Below are positions 9,234-18,998 of a DNA stretch of 64,000 nt, in pieces (positions within the stretch are counted from its first letter, which is position 1; each line of letters starts with the position of its first letter). The position numbers and the translations under genes are program-made. Below the pieces are notes generated by a model, which saw only the letters and a program-made list of their open reading frames with translations, searched no databases and was not told where the DNA came from. The stretch comes from an uncultured Micropruina sp. (GTDB lineage Bacteria > Actinomycetota > Actinomycetes > Propionibacteriales > Propionibacteriaceae), in assembly GCA_964453585.1 (NCBI GenBank), contig CAYVOW010000003.1, forward strand, positions 1,616 to 65,615, read 5' to 3'.

Positions 9234-9993
9234 CGCCCGCCGCTACGAGGCGCCTCCGCCCGGCCGTCCCGTGGTGGTGGTCGATAACCTGCATGTGAAG
9301 TACCGCGTCTGGGCCAGTGGGCGGGCCGCCGGCGGAGTCGGCGCCGGGCTGGTCAACCGGACGCCGCGGGGGATCCGCGAGGTCCACGCCCTGCGCGGTG
9401 TGTCGTTTGTCGCGCATGAGAATGAGTCAATCGGCGTGATTGGACATAACGGGTGCGGAAAGTCCACATTGATGCGAGCCATAGTTGGGCTGACCCCACC
9501 CGCGAGCGGCGCTGTCTGGGCGACGACAAGACCGAACATGTTGGGTGTCGGCGCGGCTCTCCTGCCCGAGTTATCGGGGGAACGCAATATTGTCCTCGGT
9601 GGATTGGCCCTTGGCTTCTCCAAGAAGGAGATCGCCGAACTTCGAGACCAGATCGTCGACTTCGCCGAGCTCCAGGACTTCATCGAACTCCCGATGCGGA
9701 CCTATTCTTCCGGGATGCAGGCGCGGCTCAAGTTCGCGATCGCCGCCTCCAAACAGCACGACATCTTGATCATCGATGAAGCGCTGAGCGTGGGCGATCG
9801 GCGGTTCCGACAACGTAGCGAGGCGCGGATCCGTGAAATGCGCGATGAAGCAGGGACGATCTTCCTGGTGTCTCACTCGATGCAATCGATTCGCGACACC
9901 TGCTCGCGTGTCATCTGGATGACGAAAGGCGAAGTGGTCATGGACGGCGACACCGACAAGGTCGTGGCCGCTTACGAGGAGGCCCAGCGATGA
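9220..9993 (+). CDS. tagH: Polysaccharide/teichoic-acid export ABC ATPase (TagH-like)
   Basis: Walker A GHNGCGKST, signature YSSGMQARL, Walker B ILIIDEALSVGD, H-loop VSHS. The ATG at 9220 overlaps the end of the permease gene, so the track start at 9130 is an upstream extension. Confidence 0.9.
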   Translation: MAGSNARRYEAPPPGRPVVVVDNLHVKYRVWASGRAAGGVGAGLVNRTPRGIREVHALRGVSFVAHENESIGVIGHNGCGKSTLMRAIVGLTPPASGAVWATTRPNMLGVGAALLPELSGERNIVLGGLALGFSKKEIAELRDQIVDFAELQDFIELPMRTYSSGMQARLKFAIAASKQHDILIIDEALSVGDRRFRQRSEARIREMRDEAGTIFLVSHSMQSIRDTCSRVIWMTKGEVVMDGDTDKVVAAYEEAQR

Positions 9994-10038
9994 TCTCGGT
10001 GCCGCGACCAGCGCCAGTCCTGCGGTAGCGGGAGAGTC

Positions 10039-11529
10039 GTGACGCACGGGCGGCGAGTAGGTGGGCCGAGCCAGGACCTACGCACCGGCGAGAGTCGTAC
10101 GCTTGGGTGGGGCTCGTTGCTGGTGGTTGCGGGCCTGACCGCTGGCGTCCGCCTGGCCGCCACATTGGCCGGTGGCGGCTTCGTCACGAATGGGATCTAC
10201 GACGACGGGGTCTACTTCACCGCGGCCGCACTGTTTGTGAGTGGCAAGTGGCCCTACGCGGACTACTTACTACTTCACCCTCCGGGCATGACACTGGCGC
10301 TGGCGCCTTTCGCTGGTCTGGCGGCGATGACCGATGATGTAACTGGGTATACGGCAGCCAGAGTTGCCGTGATGGTTGTATCGGCGACGTCGGCGGCATT
10401 GGTGGCGTCCTACGCGGCGCGCTGGGGCCGACCAGCGGCCTGGTTTTCTGGGCTGAGTTATGCGCTCGTGGAAGGCTCGGTTTACGCGGGCTCGACACTC
10501 TTTATGGAGAGCGTGGCGACACTAATCGCGCTCGTGACGATCCGCAGTCTGGAACGAGGTGGGACGGTCAATGCAGCCGCTGGTGGCATCCTCATCGGTC
10601 TGCTGGCCACTCTGAAAGTCTGGAATGCCCCGATCGGCCTCATCCTCTTCTTCTTTGCAGCCACCTGGCGCGAGCGACGGATCGTCATCTCGGTCGCGGC
10701 GGGGACGTGGATCATGGTGATGGCTTCGTTCGTCGCGCGCTCCCCTGAGGCCGCCTGGCGGATGATCATCCTCGACCAGGTGAACCGCCCACGCTTCGAC
10801 CTCTCTCCGCAGTCACGGTTCGCAAACTCCCTCGGCCTTGCCAGCGGTGGGAGCTCGAATCTGAGCGTGACCGGCTGGCCATTGGTCATGACGGGGATTG
10901 CGGCCATCCTGGCCTTGATCCTCGTGGCGGTGGGCCTGCGGCGAGGGGTAACACCTCAGGTCGTGATGCTTCTCGTGGTTTCGGCGCTGATGGTGGGTAT
11001 GAGTCAGCTAGCTCTCCGTAACTACGCGGAGCTCTGGTCGCCGTGGCTGGCGATCGTGATGAGTGCTTCGCTTCGCGGCTGGCGCGTGCGCGACGGTCGG
11101 GACCTCCTCACTGCCCTATTCGCACTCGGTTGGCTTGCCATCGTGGCATTCGGATCAGCGCGACCTGTCGGCAAGCCGCTCCCGGTGGATTGGATGATCC
11201 TCGAGACCCAAGGAACGCGCTGCGTCGTTACCGACGACCCCGTCGTCCTCGTCGCTTTGAACCGGTTGAGCTCCCAATTGCGGACGACCTGCCCAGAGCT
11301 CTGGGCAGACGTCAGCGGGCGCACCTACGACTACGCTGCTCACGAGGATGCCCCACGAGAAGACAACCCCGTTTGGCAGGACGCCATCTACCGCTACCTC
11401 TCCAGCGCCGACGGCGCGATCCGTTGCCGCGGAAATACCGGGATAAGCACCGACACGAGGGAGCGACTCAGGCCGGCCCTGGTCGGTCGAAACCAGGGCT
11501 GTGACCTGTATCTATTCCCTCCAAGGTGA
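10039..11529 (+). CDS. GT-C fold, lipid-carrier-dependent membrane glycosyltransferase (PMT_2/GT39/GT87-like)
   Basis: About 12 predicted TM helices. The first-loop motif NGIYDDGVYFTAAALFVSGKWPYADYLLLHPPG is characteristic of GT-C enzymes. GTG start preceded by GGGAGAG. Confidence 0.7.
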   Translation: MTHGRRVGGPSQDLRTGESRTLGWGSLLVVAGLTAGVRLAATLAGGGFVTNGIYDDGVYFTAAALFVSGKWPYADYLLLHPPGMTLALAPFAGLAAMTDDVTGYTAARVAVMVVSATSAALVASYAARWGRPAAWFSGLSYALVEGSVYAGSTLFMESVATLIALVTIRSLERGGTVNAAAGGILIGLLATLKVWNAPIGLILFFFAATWRERRIVISVAAGTWIMVMASFVARSPEAAWRMIILDQVNRPRFDLSPQSRFANSLGLASGGSSNLSVTGWPLVMTGIAAILALILVAVGLRRGVTPQVVMLLVVSALMVGMSQLALRNYAELWSPWLAIVMSASLRGWRVRDGRDLLTALFALGWLAIVAFGSARPVGKPLPVDWMILETQGTRCVVTDDPVVLVALNRLSSQLRTTCPELWADVSGRTYDYAAHEDAPREDNPVWQDAIYRYLSSADGAIRCRGNTGISTDTRERLRPALVGRNQGCDLYLFPPR

Positions 11530-11550
11530 CTTATCGAAGTCTTCCAGCAG

Positions 11551-13362
11551 TCAGTAAACGGTGTAGGACGAAGAAGTGCTGCTTCCCGTCTTATAGCCGT
11601 ATCGAGTCGCGGTCGCGCGCACTGAGATCTTTTTTCCCTTGTCGGAGGATGTGAGCTTGTATGTCCAACCAGTCGCGCCCGAGATGGGCACACCATTGCG
11701 TAGCCACCGAACCGTCATCGTCGCGCGGGTGGTGGGGTAGCTACCGGCGAGCCACGCAGTCGCCGTGGCCGTCAGGGTCTTTCCGACGGTCTTGGTTCCG
11801 GAGATGTAAGCGCCGTAGCTCTTGCGGAAGCTTGCTTCGTCCAACGAGGCATTGGTGGTCAAGTTCCCGCCTTCATCGACCGTCACGAAGATGCTGCGCG
11901 TGACGAAGCCGTCGCTGGAGTAGACCATTCTCAGCCAGTATGGGCCCGCCTTGAGGCCCTTGAGGGTATACCGGCCGGAGGAGTCGCTCGTCGCCTGGTC
12001 GAGGACTTCCCGCTCGGGGGTAACGGCGCTTAGGGCGGTGACGTCGACGTCCGGAACCGGATTGCCTCGGGGGTCAACGATGGTTCCCTGGACGATGCCC
12101 CCGATGCCCAGTGAGATCTGGTTGGCCGTTGTCGTGCCCTCGGTCGTCACCGAATAGGTCGCCGCCAACGACGGAACCATAACCCCGGGCTCCGTCGCTG
12201 CGGCCCACGCGGTGGTGTAGTTGCCCGCTCCAATGTAGGTCGCCTGGACACGGTAGGTGCCGGGGCGGAGATCGAGGGAGTAGTCTCCGGCACCCGTCAA
12301 GGGCACCTGTTGAGCCAACTCGCCGCTGGAGTCGTAGGCGCCCACCACCACGTCGGCGGGCGGAGCTCCGGTGACCTTGCCATTCAGGGTGCCGGACGCG
12401 ATTAGCGACTTTGCGAGGACGACGTCAGACATGTCGCTACGTTGTGCGCCAATTGCATCAACGACCCGGACGCGAGCGTAGTAGGCCGTATCGACCGCCA
12501 ATCCCGTCAAGGTCGTGCTCGTTCCACTGACTGGAGCCGCCCACTTGGCGCCGGTCTTCATGGCACTGTCCAACGCGTAGTAGACCTGGTATTTCCAGTC
12601 AGGCTGCATGCCGTCGGGTGCGGACCAAGACAAGCCAACCGTCGAAGAGGTCTGAGCGGTCAGCCGGAACTCGCTGGGTGCCGTCAGGTCGTAGGTGGAC
12701 GTCGTCACCTGCAACTCGGTGGATCGAGGGCTCATGACCAAGGCAGGCAGTCCGTCCATCGGAGGCTGCTGGACGTAGACGCTGAGGTAATAGAGCGTCC
12801 CCTTCTTGAGGCCGGTGAGGGTCATCCGCTCAGTGATGGTGGAGAAGTACAGAGTGGCGTTTCCGGCCGAGTACGCCCGGACGAGATAACCGGGGGAACC
12901 TGGCACGTTCAGCCAGGTGAGTTCGACGCTGGTCCCGCCGACATTCTCCGCGACAAGTCCGGTGGGGGCCGAGAAGCTGTCGACGGGCTTGGTGCTCGCA
13001 TAAGCGCTGAAGGCGGAAGCGCCCCCCGAGGTGTCCACGGCAGCGACTTTGATGTAGTACGTCGTTCCGGTCTTGAGTCCCTGGATAACGGCGGGAGAAC
13101 TTGAGGCAACAAGATCGGTGGGAGACGAGAAGCTGCTAGATGTCGAGTAGCGGATCGTGTACTTGTCCGCGCCGGCAACCGCGGGCCAAGTGACCAGGAT
13201 GGCGGTGGAGCCAGCCGATGCCACGGTTGGCTTGGAGGGGGTCGCAGGTGCGGCCACTGCGGTCATCGTCGGGCCAAAGATGAGAACAAGCGCAAGAATC
13301 AAGGCGCCAATCAGGCCGGCACGTCGGTTCACGGCCGTCTCTGAGTTGGGGGTTTTTTCCAT
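11551..13362 (-). CDS. Exported multi-FN3 / carboxypeptidase-regulatory-like (Ig-fold) repeat protein
   Basis: Start chosen at MEKTPNSETAVNRRAGLIGALILALVLIF...AVAAPA (signal peptide), with ATG at 13362. There are about four FN3 repeats (e.g. LVTWPAVAGADKYTIRY...GTTYYIKVAAV and VELTWLNVPGSPGYLVRAY...GTLYYLSVYV). These are followed by CarboxypepD_reg-like modules (GTYRVQATYIG, GPYWLRMVYS). Confidence 0.8.
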   Translation of the reverse strand: MEKTPNSETAVNRRAGLIGALILALVLIFGPTMTAVAAPATPSKPTVASAGSTAILVTWPAVAGADKYTIRYSTSSSFSSPTDLVASSSPAVIQGLKTGTTYYIKVAAVDTSGGASAFSAYASTKPVDSFSAPTGLVAENVGGTSVELTWLNVPGSPGYLVRAYSAGNATLYFSTITERMTLTGLKKGTLYYLSVYVQQPPMDGLPALVMSPRSTELQVTTSTYDLTAPSEFRLTAQTSSTVGLSWSAPDGMQPDWKYQVYYALDSAMKTGAKWAAPVSGTSTTLTGLAVDTAYYARVRVVDAIGAQRSDMSDVVLAKSLIASGTLNGKVTGAPPADVVVGAYDSSGELAQQVPLTGAGDYSLDLRPGTYRVQATYIGAGNYTTAWAAATEPGVMVPSLAATYSVTTEGTTTANQISLGIGGIVQGTIVDPRGNPVPDVDVTALSAVTPEREVLDQATSDSSGRYTLKGLKAGPYWLRMVYSSDGFVTRSIFVTVDEGGNLTTNASLDEASFRKSYGAYISGTKTVGKTLTATATAWLAGSYPTTRATMTVRWLRNGVPISGATGWTYKLTSSDKGKKISVRATATRYGYKTGSSTSSSYTVY

Positions 13363-13373
13363 GGTCACGGCCC

Positions 13374-14759
13374 TTACACGCACGTCTTGCTGGTCTTGTT
13401 TAGCTCTGTCCACCCAGCCATGTACTCGCCGTACACGCGCCGGATGGACTCGGCGAACGCTGGCGTGGCGCGACGGCTGTCGATGGTGATGACATGCTCT
13501 TCGTTGTATCGCAACCCAGAGGTCGACATGTTGGCGGTCCCGGTGAGCACACGGCCGGAGTTGTTCGTCATCGGCCCGATGAGGATCATCTTGGTGTGCA
13601 TGGCCACAGCGGTGCACTTGGCCGGGATAGAGGCCGCCTTGAGTTTGGAAACGACCGTGGAAGAAATGGTCGTCGATCCACCCTGTTGGGTGAGCAGCAT
13701 CTTGATGTCGCAGCCTCGGGACCGCAGGCGGACCAGCGCGTCCACCATCTGGGTGGCCTTGGAGTCGGTCAGCTTGAACATGGCGATGCGGATCTTCTTG
13801 TCGACCGTGCAGTCAACACCGTCGAACTGTCGAATGTAGTGGTCGACGGCGGCGGAGGGCTGAGGGCTGAACGACACGGCAGTGCCGCGGTCGGCATCGG
13901 TCCAGTGCCGGTAGAAGGGATCAACCCAGATAGCGCGGTCCTTGTAGAGCTGAAGGCTGCTGGCAAACCCGCTGTTCGTTGCACAGCCAGTGGTGGCGCA
14001 GATGGCCATCGCGTCGTAGCGCTGACTGAACAGGTCGAACAACTTGTGGTCGTTGTAGATCAGCGAACCTTCTTGAAGGTAGTTGCGGATCTGGCTCCGA
14101 GCGAAGTTGCCGGACGATGAGTAGACAATCGGATCGGCCCCGTCCGCCCAGGTGGTGTCGCTGATGGTAAGGAACTTCTCGTGGTTGATCGCATACGGGA
14201 AGACTGAGGCTGCGTTGGTGTTGAAACAGCCGTTCGCACACCAGTAGAGCTTGGCGATCGAGGACAGCCTCTTCTTGATCAGATCCTTCGCTGAACTCGG
14301 GCTGATCGTGCCGCCGTCCAGGATAAGACCGATCTCGACGTTGCGCTTGTTGTGAACGTACTCCAGGGCGTCGTAGATCACCTCCGGATCGGACTCGGGT
14401 CGGCTGCCGAGACTGGTCTCGGTCATCGTGCCGAGAGCCCGGATGAAGTACATGCCGATCTTGATCTTGGCATTGCTTTGAGCGCCACAGATCACTTGGG
14501 CGATCTTGGCGGCAAACGGCCAAGGGGCCTGGTTGGTCGGGTCGACAATTCCCCGATGGTTCATGTCGTCGATGTTGAACCACGCTTCAAAGGGGTCGGG
14601 CTTCGAGATTGTGGGGCAACCGCCTTCGCCAGCAAGCTTGACCTGACCGCTGGTGTCAGTATCGAACGTGATGGCGCGGGCGACGCCAGCCACGCTTCCG
14701 GCCAAGACCAGGGCCATGAGCCCGCTGAGGGCTGTGAGCATTCGTCGGGGGTTCCGCAT
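13374..14759 (-). CDS. Exported phospholipase D superfamily phosphodiesterase (two HKD motifs)
   Basis: Start at MRNPRRMLTALSGLMALVLAGSVAGVARA (signal peptide; ATG 14759). HKD motif 1 is AINHEKFLTISD and motif 2 is AMHTKMILIG...GTANMS. It lies 11 nt upstream of the FN3 gene on the same strand. Confidence 0.85.
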   Translation of the reverse strand: MRNPRRMLTALSGLMALVLAGSVAGVARAITFDTDTSGQVKLAGEGGCPTISKPDPFEAWFNIDDMNHRGIVDPTNQAPWPFAAKIAQVICGAQSNAKIKIGMYFIRALGTMTETSLGSRPESDPEVIYDALEYVHNKRNVEIGLILDGGTISPSSAKDLIKKRLSSIAKLYWCANGCFNTNAASVFPYAINHEKFLTISDTTWADGADPIVYSSSGNFARSQIRNYLQEGSLIYNDHKLFDLFSQRYDAMAICATTGCATNSGFASSLQLYKDRAIWVDPFYRHWTDADRGTAVSFSPQPSAAVDHYIRQFDGVDCTVDKKIRIAMFKLTDSKATQMVDALVRLRSRGCDIKMLLTQQGGSTTISSTVVSKLKAASIPAKCTAVAMHTKMILIGPMTNNSGRVLTGTANMSTSGLRYNEEHVITIDSRRATPAFAESIRRVYGEYMAGWTELNKTSKTCV

Positions 14760-14862
14760 CAGGGTTCTCTCGAAAGGTCGCCGCACTCGTCGGCGACAGG
14801 CGCTGCGCGCCCAGAAGGCTGTTGACGCTCCATATACTAGGGAGATTCGACGCCGAAGGCAC

Positions 14863-15591
14863 ATGGAGCGCCAGAAGAGTGTCGGTCCTGACCACCCCGA
14901 GGAGGCTCCCGTGGCCGCTTTCCGCTACGCGCTGGCATTGCTCATAGTCCTGCTCTCGACAAGCGTGGCCGCGCCCTCGGCGTTGTCGGATTCGTTGATT
15001 CTCGCCAGCGACCCGCAGCCGAAGGCCGAGCTAGCTGCCCGTCCTGGCTGGGTCACTCTCGTCTTCCGACGTGACGTTGATGTGAGCGTGGCCAAGATCC
15101 TCGTCCTGACGAGCGGAGGCGACAATGTCACCGTCGGTCCGCTGATCGTTGAGGGCACCAACGTGACAACCCAGCTGAGCTCCCAGCTCAAGAAGGACAC
15201 GTACACCGTCCTCTATCGGATCGATCGCCCCGACGGGCAGCCGCAGGGAGGCGCCTTTCAGTTCGCCTACGGGCGCGGCAACTGGACGTCGGTTCCAGCC
15301 AGTTCATGGAGTGGGCAAAGCGCCGAACCAAGCGTGTTGAGCAATCCGAACCCCAAAGCGACGTCAGCGGCGCCCTCGCCAACCGAAGTCGCGACGGAGT
15401 CTCCGACCCCTTCCTTGTCTAAGTCCCCGACCACCAGCGAAATCCCGCCAGCGTCACCCCTGCCCTCTGCCGGACCGGGGACGACCAGCCCAACTTTGAA
15501 TGACTCGCCGATACCGTGGCTCCTCGGGGGCGTCGTGTTAGCGGTGATCATCGCCAGCGTCTGGTTGGTCGCCCGGCGCAAGCGGGCGTAG
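14863..15591 (+). CDS. CopC-fold domain protein, histidine-free, with a S/P/T-rich linker and C-terminal TM anchor
   Basis: The pattern LASDPQPKAELAARPGWVTLVFRRDVDV...DTYTVLYRIDRPDGQPQGGAFQFAYG follows the CopC beta-sandwich. The usual DGH is replaced by DGQ. C-terminal PWLLGGVVLAVIIASVWLVARRKRA. ATG at 14863. Confidence 0.65.
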   Translation: MERQKSVGPDHPEEAPVAAFRYALALLIVLLSTSVAAPSALSDSLILASDPQPKAELAARPGWVTLVFRRDVDVSVAKILVLTSGGDNVTVGPLIVEGTNVTTQLSSQLKKDTYTVLYRIDRPDGQPQGGAFQFAYGRGNWTSVPASSWSGQSAEPSVLSNPNPKATSAAPSPTEVATESPTPSLSKSPTTSEIPPASPLPSAGPGTTSPTLNDSPIPWLLGGVVLAVIIASVWLVARRKRA

Positions 15592-17238
15592 GTCTTCGCT
15601 CACATCACGATAGAGGCGTGACCAATTCTGGACGAGGGTTGCCGAGCTGAAGGCGGCGGCGGCCTTCGGTGCCGCCGCGATCAGCCTTTGGTGGAGATCC
15701 GGGCTCTGAAGCACTTCAATCACTCGTTGGGCCAGTGCTAGGACGTCACCGTCAGGGACCAGGTAGCCATTCTCGCCTTGCGCAATGATGTCTGAGGGAC
15801 CGTACTTGAGGTCGTACGACACGACCGGGCACCCGTTGCTTAGCGACTCCAGAACCGCCAGGCCGAAGCCCTCGTAGGCGCTCGTGCACAGCGACAGCCC
15901 GGCACCCTGATAGATGTCGCCCGGACGATTGGTGTAGCCGGCCAATACCACCGTGCCAGTCAATCCGAGGCTGTCGATCAGCCTGTTGAGCTTCAGTTCA
16001 TCGGTCCCGCGGCCGTAGATCTCCAACCGTGCCCCTGGGACTTCGCGGGCCACACGCGCGAACGCGCGGATCGCGTCGGGCAGGCGCTTCTGCTGGTCAA
16101 GGCGCGCCATCATGACGACCCGTAGCGGCTCCCTGACGATGCAGGCATCCCAGGTGACCTCCTGCGCCGAATGGGGAATGACGTGGAAGTGGGGATTCTT
16201 GCCGAAGTGGGCCTCGGCCTCTGCGCGTTGGGCATCGGTCAAGAACACAACAGCCGCCACCCGACCGTCGCCTTCGAGCAGAGGCCGATAGATTGGCCGG
16301 ATGGAATCCACCCTGTCGTACGGGGGGCGCGTGTGCGCATTGTGCAGCACAAAGATGAGTTTCACGTTGGGGCGGTGGTAGCTCAGTATCCAAGGGTCGA
16401 CTCGGCGCGCCTCGCAGCAAATGAATGCGGGTTCATCTCCGATAAGGTGATCGAGGCAAGCATGCAGCACCTCGTCGTAAGAGGAGAGATACCGTTCTGG
16501 TCTCCCATCCTCATCAAAGGTGATCACCCGTTCGGGGCTTCGCACTCTGGTAACGGGATCGATCCGCCACCAGACGTTGAGCCTGACCGATCCGTTTCGT
16601 CGCCAGAAAATTTCCTGGCGCGCAACCCCGTGGAAGAGGTCCATGAATACCTGGCGTCGCATCGTGCCGTCGGGCCAGAACTCATCGCTGCGAGTCCGGT
16701 TCCGAGCCCCGTCGAAGTGATCTTCGACGATGAGCCTCCCGGCGTAGTCGAAGCGACGAGACATGACATGAATTCCGTCAACGAAGTACTCATAGAGACC
16801 CGTCGCCGGGTTGAGTCGTTCGTACATGCCCGGTTCCCCGACGGGGTGGTCAACGGTGATGCCCGTGAACTCGGTGGAGTCCGGGAAGTACTCGTGCAGG
16901 CTGGCGAGGCGAACTCCGGGCGCGAGAACACCCCTGCTGGAGAACTCGTGGGCGATGTCCTCGATCTGCGAGGAGTCGTACATGGTGACGATCGTTGATT
17001 CCTTGCCGGCGAGCTCCCAGAACAGACGGGCCTTTGTCAGAATGGACGCCGTCCGCCCAGCAAATACGCGAGGCACGACGTCGACCGCGAAGATCACTTT
17101 GCCCGGCGGGAAGGGGGTGGGCCCGTCCTTGGCTTCTTCGAGTGAACCGCGGCCCGGAACGGGCACACCCTTGGTCAAGACTCTGAGCCGGTGGCTGGCC
17201 ACCCGGCGTTGTCGAGTCGATTGAACAGGTGCGACCAT
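15538..17238 (-). CDS. Glycosyltransferase family 4 with a long N-terminal domain (TagE/TarM-like polymer glycosyltransferase), paralogue 1
   Basis: C-terminal GT-B/GT4 pattern: VVMMARLDQQKRLPDAIRAF, LEIYGRG, LCTSAYEGFGLAVLESLSNGCPVVSYD. It aligns over its full length with the adjacent gene. Confidence 0.85.
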   Translation of the reverse strand: MVAPVQSTRQRRVASHRLRVLTKGVPVPGRGSLEEAKDGPTPFPPGKVIFAVDVVPRVFAGRTASILTKARLFWELAGKESTIVTMYDSSQIEDIAHEFSSRGVLAPGVRLASLHEYFPDSTEFTGITVDHPVGEPGMYERLNPATGLYEYFVDGIHVMSRRFDYAGRLIVEDHFDGARNRTRSDEFWPDGTMRRQVFMDLFHGVARQEIFWRRNGSVRLNVWWRIDPVTRVRSPERVITFDEDGRPERYLSSYDEVLHACLDHLIGDEPAFICCEARRVDPWILSYHRPNVKLIFVLHNAHTRPPYDRVDSIRPIYRPLLEGDGRVAAVVFLTDAQRAEAEAHFGKNPHFHVIPHSAQEVTWDACIVREPLRVVMMARLDQQKRLPDAIRAFARVAREVPGARLEIYGRGTDELKLNRLIDSLGLTGTVVLAGYTNRPGDIYQGAGLSLCTSAYEGFGLAVLESLSNGCPVVSYDLKYGPSDIIAQGENGYLVPDGDVLALAQRVIEVLQSPDLHQRLIAAAPKAAAAFSSATLVQNWSRLYRDVSEDLRPLAPGDQPDAGDDHR

Positions 17239-18872
17239 CGCGCGACGAACGTCTCGGGGGTGAATCCCTTCAACGCGTCAGGGGCGTTCCGAGAGAGCCG
17301 GGCCTGAAGCCCTGGCGCTGTGAGCACCGAGATAACTCGCTGGGCGAGTTCCGTAGTGTTGCCGTCTGGGACGAGAAAGCCGTTCTCTCCGTCGGTGATG
17401 AGATCTGCGGGACCGTATTTCAGGTCGTAAGAGACGACCGGGCAACCATGGCCGAGACTTTCGAGGATAACGAGGCCGAAACCCTCGTACGAGCTTGTGA
17501 GCAGCGACATGGCCGCAGTTTGGTAGACCTCGCTGGGGTTGGTGGTGTAGCCGCGAAGCCTCACCGAGTCGGCCACGCCCAGCTCGGCGATCAGCTTCTT
17601 GAGGGCTGCCTGGTCGGGACCCCGCCCGTAGATGTCAAGGCGTGCGTCGGGGACTCGCTGGAGAACCTTGGCGAATGCCTTGATCGCGTGGGGGATCCGC
17701 TTCTGTTGGTCAAGCCGCGCCAACATGACGACGAGGCGAGGGTCCCTGGTGACGCTAGGGTCGATCGTTGGCTTCGGCACCGCGTGGGGGATGACCTGGA
17801 AATTCGACCGGCGTCCGTAGCGAGCTTCCGCATCCGCTCTCTGAGCGTTGGTCAGGAACACGACGGAACCGACCTTGTCGGCGTTGTCGAGGAGCGGCCG
17901 ATAGGCCGGCCGAACCTTCTTGGGGTCGACAAAGGGTGCCGCAATGTGGGGGTTGTGGAGGACGTAGACCTGCTTGACGTTGGGACGCTCATAACTCAGA
18001 GTCTCGGGATCAGCCCGCCGCGACTCCACGCTGAGGATGACCCGGTCGTCACCGACCACTCGGTCGAGGTACGCATGAACAAGTCCGATGTCAGAGTAGG
18101 CAACGTGATTGGGCTTGCCCTCCATGTCGAAAAGGGTGAGCCGCTCGACCCGTGGAGCCAGCGGTTGACCTTCGAGCACAAGCCACCGGGTGAGGTAGGG
18201 GGTTCCGTCCGCCCGGTAGTAGACCTCTTGACGGGGCAGGTTGTGATGAAGGTCGTAGAAGGTCACCCGCCGCGGCGAACCATTCTGGTAGAACTCGTCG
18301 CGTCGAGTCCGTGCTCGGTTCTCGTTGAAGTGGTCACGGACTATGAGCCGCCCCGCATAGTCGTACCTCTTGTACAGACGGTAGATCCCCCCCTCGAAGA
18401 AGCGGTAGACCTCCTGGTCCCTATCCCGGATGGACGACATACCAGGTTCTTCAACGGGGTAGGTGATCGGGTCACTGGCAGGGCCCGACTGCTGACCGAA
18501 GAACTCATGCAGGTTGATCACCTCGACACCCTCGGACAAGGCGCCCCTGTCTCGAGCGACGCGAGTCACGTCGTCTAACTCACCCGAGTAGTTCATGGTC
18601 AGGATCTGAGAGCGAACGCCGGCGACCTCGTAAAACATTTTCGTCTTGGCGAAAATCGACGCAGTCCTCCCTGCGTACTGTCTCGGAATCGCGCCTACCG
18701 CAAAGACCAGGCGGACATCCTTGGGGAATGGCTGCATCGCCGGCACTGGGTCCACCCTTATCTCCACGGGTTTGGGCAGCGTTCGCCGACGTGCCGCCCG
18801 ATACAGGCGGAGGGCGACGTCGTAAGTGCCCGTCGCACGCAACAGCCGCTTGGCGCTGCCCATGATCTTCAC
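17175..18872 (-). CDS. Glycosyltransferase family 4 with a long N-terminal domain (TagE/TarM-like), paralogue 2
   Basis: VVMLARLDQQKRIPHAIKAF, LDIYGRG, LLTSSYEGFGLVILESLGHGCPVVSYD. GTG at 18872 lies 6 nt after GAGGAG. Its 3' end overlaps the start of paralogue 1 by 64 nt. Confidence 0.85.
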   Translation of the reverse strand: MKIMGSAKRLLRATGTYDVALRLYRAARRRTLPKPVEIRVDPVPAMQPFPKDVRLVFAVGAIPRQYAGRTASIFAKTKMFYEVAGVRSQILTMNYSGELDDVTRVARDRGALSEGVEVINLHEFFGQQSGPASDPITYPVEEPGMSSIRDRDQEVYRFFEGGIYRLYKRYDYAGRLIVRDHFNENRARTRRDEFYQNGSPRRVTFYDLHHNLPRQEVYYRADGTPYLTRWLVLEGQPLAPRVERLTLFDMEGKPNHVAYSDIGLVHAYLDRVVGDDRVILSVESRRADPETLSYERPNVKQVYVLHNPHIAAPFVDPKKVRPAYRPLLDNADKVGSVVFLTNAQRADAEARYGRRSNFQVIPHAVPKPTIDPSVTRDPRLVVMLARLDQQKRIPHAIKAFAKVLQRVPDARLDIYGRGPDQAALKKLIAELGVADSVRLRGYTTNPSEVYQTAAMSLLTSSYEGFGLVILESLGHGCPVVSYDLKYGPADLITDGENGFLVPDGNTTELAQRVISVLTAPGLQARLSRNAPDALKGFTPETFVARWSHLFNRLDNAGWPATGSES

Positions 18873-18998
18873 TTCGATCTCCTCTGACGACTGGAGCCAT
18901 CTAACCAGCTACCGCGTGGGGGCCGGGGAACCCTGCTTGCGGCGGTGGGTCCTGCGCTACCCTTGGGGCCTCGAAACCTGGGATTCGGAGGCCACACC

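Noticed and set aside
13374-14759. PLD-family protein as a nuclease component of an anti-phage defence system
   Set aside because: It has a clear N-terminal secretion signal. It is co-transcribed with an exported FN3 protein inside a wall-polymer locus. No helicase, ATPase or methylase partner is adjacent.
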